In this document: in pieces, positions 1 to 6,692 of the stretch | How positions within the stretch are numbered: the first letter of the stretch is position 1 | Layout of the letters: the number at the start of each line of letters is the position of its first letter | Assembly (NCBI GenBank): GCA_002794465.1 | Contig: MTSL01000079.1 | Location: 657 to 7,810, forward strand | Length of the DNA stretch: 7,154 nucleotides | From: Paramicrosporidium saccamoebae KSL3 | Taxonomy: Eukaryota; Fungi; Cryptomycota | Direction of reading: 5' to 3' | Program-made: the position numbers and the translations under genes | The notes under the pieces: generated by a model | What the model was told of the DNA's origin: nothing | The model's database searches: none | What the model saw: only the letters and a program-made list of their open reading frames with translations

Positions 1-12
1 TAGTTGGGTAGT

Positions 13-113
13 TGTGTGCTAGAGTGGATCGCTTTGCTGGGTATTTGAGGACAGCGAGATGTGTATCCATACTATTCTAGGATTAGCAGTGAACAAACCC
101 CCCTTTCCGTCCC
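13..113. repeat. Diverged ~100-bp direct repeat, copy A (partner at 2322..2415)
   Basis: Collinear blocks shared with copy B: TATTTGAG (42-49 vs 2349-2356), TATCC (64-68 vs 2369-2373), GATTAGCAGTGA (81-92 vs 2385-2396), CAA, CTTTCCG (103-109 vs 2406-2412). Also tgtgtgctagag (13-24) vs tgtgatgtagag (2322-2333). Offsets are consistently 2303-2309. Confidence 0.85.
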
Positions 114-226
114 ATTGCATGGACTCAACGACACCACGCATCAGGAAGCATTAATTATATGCAAGTTGGCAAAATGACCTCGCCTCGGTGTATTGATCGG
201 TCCTCGTTTACAGAAAAGTTCTTTTA

Positions 227-2173
227 CTAAAACAAGTCACAGGAAGATGGCTGGTCACTCAGGCTTTGTGTAGTTTCATCCATGTTTTCTTGGTCCACTT
301 GCAACTGCTCTTCCTCCGACCCGTTTCTTTCTTGATAGTTTTTCACTCTTAGAAACATTTCTGGGGCCACGACAGGATAATTCCATTCTTGGAGATGCTT
401 CCAATCCGGAATTGCCCCGGGCCTCTGGTTAAATAGCCATTCTAACAATTCTGTAGCCCTACAGCCCCACATGAAGCACAGCCCATCTTTGATGTAGGCT
501 CGAGATGGGAATACTTCTGGATTCTGTTTAACAATCCAATCTAACGCTTCAATATTGCCTATCCTCGCTGCCGCGTTAGCCATCTCTAGATTGGCGACAT
601 TTATACCGAGCTTCGTCAAAAGCCACTTGTGGATATCTGCACCAATCCTTTTAGATTTGCAAAGCTCCATGAAGTCTTGGTGGGAAAGATGATTGGGCTG
701 ATGAAAATGTATATGCTGTATAAATTCAACCGGCTGGTTTCTTAGCTCTTCCGTGGTGGGTAGATACTGTTCCTCCTTAGTCTGCTCATAAAGACAGTTC
801 AACAGTATTAAAAAGTTTCTCTTCATTACAAGCAATTCTTCCATACAAGAGCAATTTTTCCCCGTGGCGATAATCTTGGCCCTGCTGGGCAGCAAATTTG
901 GGTCTTTCTTTGCGACCCAGCGAACAAACAACCACGCTTCAGACTCGATCGCAGCATTGAGGTCATTTAATGTAAAGACAGCTGCATTTGTTGTCTCGTA
1001 GATCTTGTCACCTGTCCATATAGCAATATCGTACTTTTCCAACTTTATAGCATGGTGATACAATAGCTTTAACGGAACCAAATGAGGTGCAATGTCATAT
1101 AATCTGACAATCATGTCATAATGCCACATGGTGTGAGACCATGCTTTCATCTTTTGATAGGGTGCAGGTAAAAAGCTTCTGTTGTGAAAATGCAGAAACT
1201 CGAATATTTCAACGTGGCCACGAACCATAATTTTCACCATGCAACTTTTCTCAGGCTGCACCGTGGGGTCGATGGAGTGAGCCCATTGCAGGATACTCAA
1301 ACTTCCCTCTTCAGCAGCACGGGTCAAGTTTGCTCGAGTCAACGGAAACTTTTTTTGCCAATGATGCAAGATTTCAAGTAGATCCAGTAAATCGTTCTGC
1401 ACAGCGAAATCTACTATCCACCGAACGTCCACAACTTCATTGTTAACTGACAAAATAAATTCAAGAACATCGGGATCTGTAATTTTCAAGGGCGATTCTA
1501 AACCGACAAAGATCTTGACACCTCTTTCGTGTAATAGACGTAGAGTATTTATGCGCCCTAATTGAACCAATTTACGTACACCGACCCCCTTGGAAGTAAT
1601 TCTCATTTTCAAATGTTGGAGAATCTTGGCTGCATCCAAGGACCTTGAAATTTCCTGAGATGGTAATGCTTCCGTGTTCAGGTGGGATGGCAAGAGACTT
1701 TTTTCTGCATGTTCAAAGAATTTGACATTATCGGCCTTGAATATTTCTTCCCAATAAGTTTCCCAGTCAAATATTACACCTTCCCATAGCTCCTTACAGT
1801 ACCAAGGCATTGCAAATGATCGCGCAAAAAACCAATGATAGTCTCTCGGGTGCTCCCAGCTGAGGAGCCTTCGGCTCTGGGCACAGAAGAGAATGTACAT
1901 GTAGTTGTTACGGAGCGCCTTTTTTACCAGGTATTTAGAACCCATCGTATGCATGAGCACATTAAGAGTGGGGAGCCTAGCATTTTCAATAGCCTTTTTA
2001 ATTCCATAGTCCTCAACAGACTTTTGAAATCCATCGTTCTTAGTAGCCTTTCCAAGTTCCTCGTCAAGTTGAGACATTGATAGTCTCTCTCTGTGGCTGG
2101 TCAAAGCGGCGCCTTTGGAACCACTTCCTCCATTCAGAAATAGCAAGAGCGAAAGGACCACAGAGCACAACAT
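227..2173 (-). CDS. Predicted secreted ankyrin-like repeat protein, 648 aa (candidate effector)
   Basis: Uninterrupted ORF. The ORF-track start at 2200 is GTG; the first in-frame ATG is 2173 (upstream in-frame TAG at 2216-2218). N-terminus MLCSVVLSLLLFLNGGSG looks like a signal peptide. Degenerate ankyrin-like units include AAEEGSLSILQWAHSIDP, IMVRGHVEIFEFLH, AAIESEAWLFVRWVAKKDP, AAARIGNIEALDWIVKQNP and ELLEWLFNQRP. Acidic C-terminal tail. Confidence 0.8.
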   Translation of the reverse strand: MLCSVVLSLLLFLNGGSGSKGAALTSHRERLSMSQLDEELGKATKNDGFQKSVEDYGIKKAIENARLPTLNVLMHTMGSKYLVKKALRNNYMYILFCAQSRRLLSWEHPRDYHWFFARSFAMPWYCKELWEGVIFDWETYWEEIFKADNVKFFEHAEKSLLPSHLNTEALPSQEISRSLDAAKILQHLKMRITSKGVGVRKLVQLGRINTLRLLHERGVKIFVGLESPLKITDPDVLEFILSVNNEVVDVRWIVDFAVQNDLLDLLEILHHWQKKFPLTRANLTRAAEEGSLSILQWAHSIDPTVQPEKSCMVKIMVRGHVEIFEFLHFHNRSFLPAPYQKMKAWSHTMWHYDMIVRLYDIAPHLVPLKLLYHHAIKLEKYDIAIWTGDKIYETTNAAVFTLNDLNAAIESEAWLFVRWVAKKDPNLLPSRAKIIATGKNCSCMEELLVMKRNFLILLNCLYEQTKEEQYLPTTEELRNQPVEFIQHIHFHQPNHLSHQDFMELCKSKRIGADIHKWLLTKLGINVANLEMANAAARIGNIEALDWIVKQNPEVFPSRAYIKDGLCFMWGCRATELLEWLFNQRPGAIPDWKHLQEWNYPVVAPEMFLRVKNYQERNGSEEEQLQVDQENMDETTQSLSDQPSSCDLF

Positions 2174-2321
2174 ATTGCTGTGAGATAAGGTGGTGGGCAC
2201 TTTGTTAGGAATGAACTAATTATAATGAGGAAGACAGAGACGCGCAATGTACAAGCGGCGGATTGGTCTAGCCTATTTATGCATATTGCCATTATATTGA
2301 TGAAACAATTTGCGTTCAAGA

Positions 2322-2415
2322 TGTGATGTAGAGAATTGATTGGTGGGATATTTGAGAATAGAGTGCTATATCCTTACGATTTAAGATTAGCAGTGAGCAA
2401 GATTTCTTTCCGCCC
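2322..2415. repeat. Diverged ~100-bp direct repeat, copy B; lies ~150-240 nt upstream of the ankyrin-like gene ATG
   Basis: Same collinear blocks as copy A (13..113), including the exact 12-mer GATTAGCAGTGA. Confidence 0.85.
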
Positions 2416-2448
2416 CTTTTCACCTCTCCCCACCTGGATTAATAGTAA

Positions 2449-4178
2449 ACCGGCTCCCGCACGAAAGAGTCCGCGGTATCACCCCCACTACGTGACAAAG
2501 AGACGCTAACCCGTCATCGCGACAGAATCAGAGGAAATGAGACAATAGTGCACGAGGCACTCAAAGCTGGATGTTACGAACTCTTAAAATGTCTTGCGTA
2601 TTGCCCGATTTGGGAGGGTGAGGCGCAGAAGCATTTATTCTGGGCTAGGATCTACGGGACTCTAGCCTTTGATCAGACCATGTGGGATTTGCAACAATTT
2701 GAGTGGAAAAAATTCTGGAGAATGATTTTCAAGGCAGATAACGTTGGTCTCTTTGAGATAATCCGACATGAGTCTTATTTTAAGGGCATTTCTGAAGCTG
2801 ACGTGCGTAAAAGTATCATCATGTTTGATGCAGTCAACATCCTTAATTGTTTCTGCCTACACATGGTCAGCGATGTAGCGATAGATGTGGACTTGATCAT
2901 TGAACACATGCCAACTCGCATCATTGATCAGATTATTGCTTCTTTCCATAATCTGCACTCTGCCGCTAGCCACGTTGCCCCTTTTGCTGTAAAATCTACA
3001 AAGGCACTCCAATACCTCTTTTATATTGGATACCACCAGATCCCAAAGCTCTGTCTTCGATCGCAGAATGGTCTGCTGACAATCCACACTAAATGTGCAG
3101 GATGGCTCACCGAGCATAACTGTCTGTCATTGTTACAAGAAATGTTCCAGAACAATCCTAATTTCGAATACGACCATGTCCACCTTTATAGATCTTCTAT
3201 CGAGAGCGGCAGTCTTGAAATGACTGCACGCAAGGGAGAAGGTCCAAGAACCCCCATTACTTTCAGCGAGTCTAGCTATCATTGAGTGGATGTTAACCGA
3301 GTTTGGGAGTCGTATTGATTGGAACTGTACAATCGCCAATGTATACAAGAACAGCCATTCCCATAAAGTCGTGAAATATCTTTCGGAGAATGCAAATATC
3401 ACGTGAGATGGCTCTTTGGTTATTGGGAGAAGAAGACTATTTGCAAGGATTGCAAAGCGCGCTTGCAAACCCAACAACCTCATCGCAGTGGGAAGAGGTA
3501 GCGAATGGCGCAGCAATGGGTGGGCACGTTAAACTCCTCCAACAAGTTTACCACGACTTTGGAATCCTCCCAGACGACTCTTCTGTGGAAATAGCCTGTC
3601 ACGTGGGCAACTACTCTGTTCTGCGATGGCTTTTCAGTGTCAACAGCACTCGAATGACGGCTGTATCTGGTAACGCCCGTAGTGCATTACTAAAGTGCAT
3701 CCTCTACGCCGTCATGCACAATAGGAGGGATGAGGTCGAGTGGATTTTGGAGAACCCTTTTAATGGCGCATTGCCAAGTCTGAGGGGCATTTATTCAGCT
3801 CCAAAATGTGCGCCCGAGGCAGCACAGCTACGCGCTCTCAAATGGATCGCATCTAAGAAGGAGCACGTCGATGTTGAACAAGGGATGATGGAAAATGCTG
3901 CCATGCTTGGCCATGTAAAGGTGGTCCAGTGGCTATATAAAAAAGGTCTGCGCATAACTACAGACAATCTAAAAGTGGCCGCAATGAGTAGCCAAGTTGA
4001 AGTCTTAAGGACAATGTACGCGATCGATTCATCGTTGGTGTGTACTGTGGAGATTGCTAATATAGCAACAAAAGTTAATAATTTGCAAAAACTCGACGTT
4101 TTAGATTGGATATGGAGAATGTACGAAATACTTCCAACTAAACTTGATGACCAAGACGTACAAGACAGACTTGAATAG
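2449..4178 (+). pseudogene. Disrupted paralog of the 227..2173 ankyrin-like gene: no start or signal peptide, two frameshifts
   Basis: Frame open 2449..3285 with no ATG until 2680, preceded by three stops (TAA TAG TAA, 2440-2448). Homology to gene 1: WKKFWRMIFKADNVGLFE vs WETYWEEIFKADNVKFFE; FDAVNIL vs LDAAKIL; SSIESGSLEM vs AAEEGSLSI. A protein-like reading continues in a second frame 3224..3403 (LHAREKVQEPPLLSASLAIIEWMLTEFGSRIDWNCTIANVYKNSHSHKVVKYLSENANIT), then in a third frame 3390..4178. No convincing intron repairs either shift. Confidence 0.7.
3390..4178 (+). CDS. Ankyrin-like repeat ORF, 262 aa (3' part of the disrupted gene, possibly translatable alone)
   Basis: ATG-initiated ORF with repeats ANGAAMGGHVKLLQQVY, EIACHVGNYSVLRWLF, ENAAMLGHVKVVQWLY, KVAAMSSQVEVLRTMY and LDVLDWIW. 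AATAAA at 4293-4298 downstream. Confidence 0.55.
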   Translation: MQISREMALWLLGEEDYLQGLQSALANPTTSSQWEEVANGAAMGGHVKLLQQVYHDFGILPDDSSVEIACHVGNYSVLRWLFSVNSTRMTAVSGNARSALLKCILYAVMHNRRDEVEWILENPFNGALPSLRGIYSAPKCAPEAAQLRALKWIASKKEHVDVEQGMMENAAMLGHVKVVQWLYKKGLRITTDNLKVAAMSSQVEVLRTMYAIDSSLVCTVEIANIATKVNNLQKLDVLDWIWRMYEILPTKLDDQDVQDRLE

Positions 4179-4251
4179 TCTAAGCCACTATACAAATAGA
4201 ATTGAGGATGGGAATCACTCTGCTTTCGTCGAATTATACCACATGGCTTTT

Positions 4252-4266
4252 CCCCAGTAACTGGGG
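4252..4266. other. Short perfect inverted repeat CCCCAG-TAA-CTGGGG flanked by GGCTTTT on both sides
   Basis: Read directly: arms 4252-4257 and 4261-4266; GGCTTTT at 4245-4251 and 4266-4272. Function unknown. Confidence 0.45.
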
Positions 4267-4322
4267 GCTTTTCTACTCAAACGCTTTTACTTAATAAAAC
4301 AATATAGTTTTCTTATCGGGTA

Positions 4323-4932
4323 ATGTGGCTCTTCAACTGGTTCTGGGACGTGCTGTCATACTTTGGTACGCCTTGTTACGTTGTTGTATTGACTGTCAGG
4401 ATTGAGCAACAAGAATGCCAAGATTCTCTTCCTCGGTCTGGACAATGCTGGAAAAACTACCCTGTTGCACATGATGCGCACCGACCGTCTGGCATCCCTC
4501 CAGCCGACACTGCACCCCACTTCGGAAGAGCTGACTATCCACAACGTCCGCTTCACCACATATGACTTGGGCGGCCATAGCCAAGCCCGTCGGGTGTGGC
4601 AAAACTACTATCCCGACTGCTCCGGCATCGTCTTCCTGGTCGACTCGGCCGACCCAATGCGTCTTGAGGAGGCCAAGCAGGAGCTCAATGGACTGTTGGC
4701 CATTGAAGAGCTCAACAAGGTCCCCTTTTTGATTCTTGGAAACAAGATTGACTTGCCAAATGCCATTTCTGAAGAGCATCTTCGCGGCGCCCTCAACCTC
4801 ATGTCCACCACCGGAAAAGGCTCTGCCCCTCTTCCCGCAAACATCCGCCCGATCGAAGTATTTATGTGCTCCGTGGTCCGTCGTCAAGGTTTTGGCGAGG
4901 GCTTCCGTTGGCTATCTCAGCACATTAAATAA
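4323..4932 (+). CDS. SAR1: Small COPII GTPase Sar1, 191 aa; exons 4323..4365 and 4400..4932
   Basis: Spliced product [35 protein letters not shown]... has the Sar1 amphipathic N-terminus, G1 [19 protein letters not shown]3 DLGGH, G4 NKID, and C-terminal [20 protein letters not shown]. The ORF-track start at 4402 is an internal TTG. Confidence 0.97.
4366..4399 (+). other. 34-nt spliceosomal intron in SAR1 (phase 1)
   Basis: GTACGC...TATTGAC TGTCAG. Removal joins the Sar1 N-terminal helix in frame to the GTPase domain. Confidence 0.93.
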
Positions 4933-4950
4933 TGGCCAAAATTGACAAGA

Positions 4951-4956
4951 AATAAA
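4951..4956 (+). promoter_or_regulatory. Putative polyadenylation signal for SAR1
   Basis: AATAAA 19 nt after the stop codon. Confidence 0.5.
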
Positions 4957-4972
4957 CAACCACATATTCTCG

Positions 4973-5137
4973 CCAATTGAGTTGGTGGGTTTCGTCAACA
5001 GTATTGAGAATTTCATTGGTGCAGGCCAGTGCGACTTTTGCCAATAATACTGGTGATATGCTACGATTGGTGCAGGTCAGTGTGACTTTTCTTCAACAGC
5101 ATTGGAGCCGGCCCGAGATTGCCAATCGCTTGATTGG
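4973..5137. promoter_or_regulatory. Cluster of seven CCAAT/ATTGG boxes upstream of the 63-aa ORF
   Basis: CCAAT at 4973, 5041, 5122; ATTGG at 5015, 5066, 5101, 5133. TATA-like TATTTAAA at ~5152-5159. Confidence 0.6.
5015..5090 (+). repeat. 25-bp direct repeat, two copies 51 nt apart
   Basis: ATTGGTGCAGGCCAGTGCGACTTTT (5015-5039) vs ATTGGTGCAGGTCAGTGTGACTTTT (5066-5090); 23/25 identical, both differences are C/T. Confidence 0.9.
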
Positions 5138-5193
5138 TTCTCAATTACGGGTATTTAAAGGGCAATGCGACGTCCCTTTGCATCAACAACAGT

Positions 5194-5385
5194 ATGGACA
5201 CTAAGAGAATTGGACTCATTGCTGGAATCGTACTTGGCCTCATTGCCGCGTCTGTGGGTGGATACTTTATCTATCGGACTTATTCTGGCCCTGCTGTAGC
5301 CGCCCCAAGCCCTGTGGAAGCTGCCGAGCCTGTCAAGCCCGCAGAGCCTGCCAAGAAGACTGAAGAGCCTGCCAAAAAGGCTTAG
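5194..5385 (+). CDS. 63-aa single-pass membrane microprotein with Pro/Ala/Glu/Lys tail
   Basis: ATG 5194 (ORF-track start 5134 is TTG): MDTKRIGLIAGIVLGLIAASVGGYFIYRTYSGPAVAAPSPVEAAEPVKPAEPAKKTEEPAKKA. Hydrophobic segment flanked by basic residues; three EP(V/A)K repeats; GCC/AAG/CCT-rich codons; AATAAA at 5412-5417. Confidence 0.75.
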   Translation: MDTKRIGLIAGIVLGLIAASVGGYFIYRTYSGPAVAAPSPVEAAEPVKPAEPAKKTEEPAKKA

Positions 5386-5411
5386 ATTGTGAATAGATGC
5401 ATGCTAGATAA

Positions 5412-5417
5412 AATAAA
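5412..5417 (+). promoter_or_regulatory. Putative polyadenylation signal for the microprotein gene
   Basis: AATAAA 27 nt after the stop, inside the 55-nt gap between convergent genes. Confidence 0.5.
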
Positions 5418-5440
5418 AACATCCGGATCAACAAGTGTCT

Positions 5441-6549
5441 TTATATGTTAGCAAGAAATTGTCCAGGATCAAGTCCCTCATAGCAGATGCGGTAGACGGC
5501 AGTGACGACAGGGAATCTATCGAGTAGATCCCTCTCATGGATCCATTTGTAGACTTCACGTGCGGTGGGTGGACCTTGTAGCTTTTGTCCATTCAGCAAC
5601 TCAGCCTCCAACTGATCAATCGACTGGCCAGTACGAACAAATGCCTCGGCCACCTTTCTATTCCTCCCACCGAATGAACTTGTGACCACGTCGGCAATGC
5701 CGCAGCTCTCGAGAAAGGTTGCATCTTTTACATTATCATCCACCAGTTGGCAGAAAGATCTCATCTCCAACAAGCCACGACGAATCACAGCCGCCTTGGT
5801 GTTATCGGCCCCTCCGTCCGGATAGAGACCGTCAATAAAGCCCGCCGCCACGGCGATAATGTTTTTAAGAGCCCCACACAACTCTACTCCAGTGACATCC
5901 TCAACTAAACTAATCTTAAAATAAGGCATTTCAAAAATCTCCTTCCAAACAATGGCATTGCTACGCTTTCTATATCCAATTGTGGCCTCGGAGAAGCGCT
6001 TCTGGGCGATATCAATGGCTATATTTGCCCCCATTAGCACACTGGTATCCATGGAGAGGGTCTTTGTGATTCCTGCAGAGACCAACTCAATGCCGGTCGC
6101 GTCACAGTCCAAACCCTTTATCAGTGAGATGGCACGTGCTCCCGGGTGCACATGTCCCTTCATCTGTTGGCAAAGCGCACTGACAAATTGATGGGGAACC
6201 ACAAATATCAAGAGAGTGGCATCTTTGACAGCGTCAACTAAATCTGGCACCGCTACCACATTTTCGGGAATTTTAAATCCACGCAGATATCTATTGTTAT
6301 TACACTGCAAGATGTCTTACTTGACATTCTCGTGCTCACTGTTAATAATTTCAGAGAGCTTCTGTCCGTGGATGATTTCCTCAAAAACCCACATGTTGAC
6401 TCGACTGTCCCACAGCTTGCTATCAGCACCATGAAGACGCGCAACATTCTCCCCAACTATACGAGCCACACAGGATCCCCTAACGTCAAATTTGCCAAGA
6501 ACTTGTACCAGTTGCCAGATCCAACAACACATACTCGCTCCAACCCCAT
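5441..6549 (-). CDS. GPD1: NAD-dependent glycerol-3-phosphate dehydrogenase, 349 aa; exons 6549..6509, 6479..6321, 6290..5441
   Basis: Spliced product [26 protein letters not shown]...HENVKYLRG... has the Rossmann GSGNWG motif, catalytic-Lys region [42 protein letters not shown] and LNGQKLQG. Total 1050 nt; no apparent targeting presequence. Confidence 0.96.
6291..6320 (-). other. 30-nt intron 2 of GPD1 (phase 2)
   Basis: GTAAGACATCTTGCAGTGTAATAACAATAG. Removal restores the conserved ENVKYL; retention gives an immediate in-frame TAA. Confidence 0.92.
6480..6508 (-). other. 29-nt intron 1 of GPD1 (phase 2)
   Basis: GTACAAGTTCTTGGCAAATTTGACGTTAG. Removal restores GSGNWGS. Confidence 0.93.
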
Positions 6550-6692
6550 TGCCACACCCCTGTTACGTCACCGCCTACTCTGTGTAATTAATCATTATAG
6601 TATTTATTGTTTATCAGACCCAATAAAGGAATGAAATAATCAGCTGGCTCCCTATGTCACGTGGTGGGGGTAGCCCACATATTGCACGGCCG

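Noticed and set aside
1184-2080. Plus-strand ORFs 1184..1381 and 1835..2080
   Set aside because: Short antisense ORFs inside the ankyrin-like gene.
3212-3447. Introns that might repair the two frameshifts (GTCTTG at 3212, GTGAGA at 3403)
   Set aside because: The first donor is unlike the GTA donors seen here and would delete the conserved GSLEM. The second has no nearby AG restoring the frame.
2857-4195. Minus-strand ORFs 2857..3117, 3133..3516 and 3791..4195
   Set aside because: Antisense to the ankyrin-like paralog, with no recognisable motifs.
4252-4272. Rho-independent terminator
   Set aside because: The context is eukaryotic (spliceosomal introns, Sar1) and the stem is short; retained only as an unexplained palindrome.
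4323-4565. 80-aa [22 protein letters not shown]...
   Set aside because: This is SAR1 exon 1 reading through the unspliced intron into the wrong frame.
4396-4887. 163-aa minus-strand ORF (also 4608..4844 and 4356..4559)
   Set aside because: Antisense shadows of the codon-biased SAR1 CDS with no protein-like features.
5015-5090. CRISPR mini-array
   Set aside because: Only two repeat copies, no cas genes, and a eukaryotic locus.
4977-5204. 75-aa ORF across the CCAAT region
   Set aside because: Non-ATG start, runs through a promoter-like repeat, and has no protein-like features.
6305-6310. Alternative acceptor TTGCAG inside GPD1 intron 2
   Set aside because: It would give a 16-nt intron with no upstream branch motif and break the reading frame.
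6317-6532. 71-aa ORF as a separate gene, and the 6310 TTG start of the 289-aa ORF
   Set aside because: Both are GPD1 exons separated by micro-introns.
5952-6634. Plus-strand ORFs 5952..6191, 6216..6434 and 6332..6634, and minus-strand 6253..6456
   Set aside because: Antisense or alternative-frame overlaps of GPD1.
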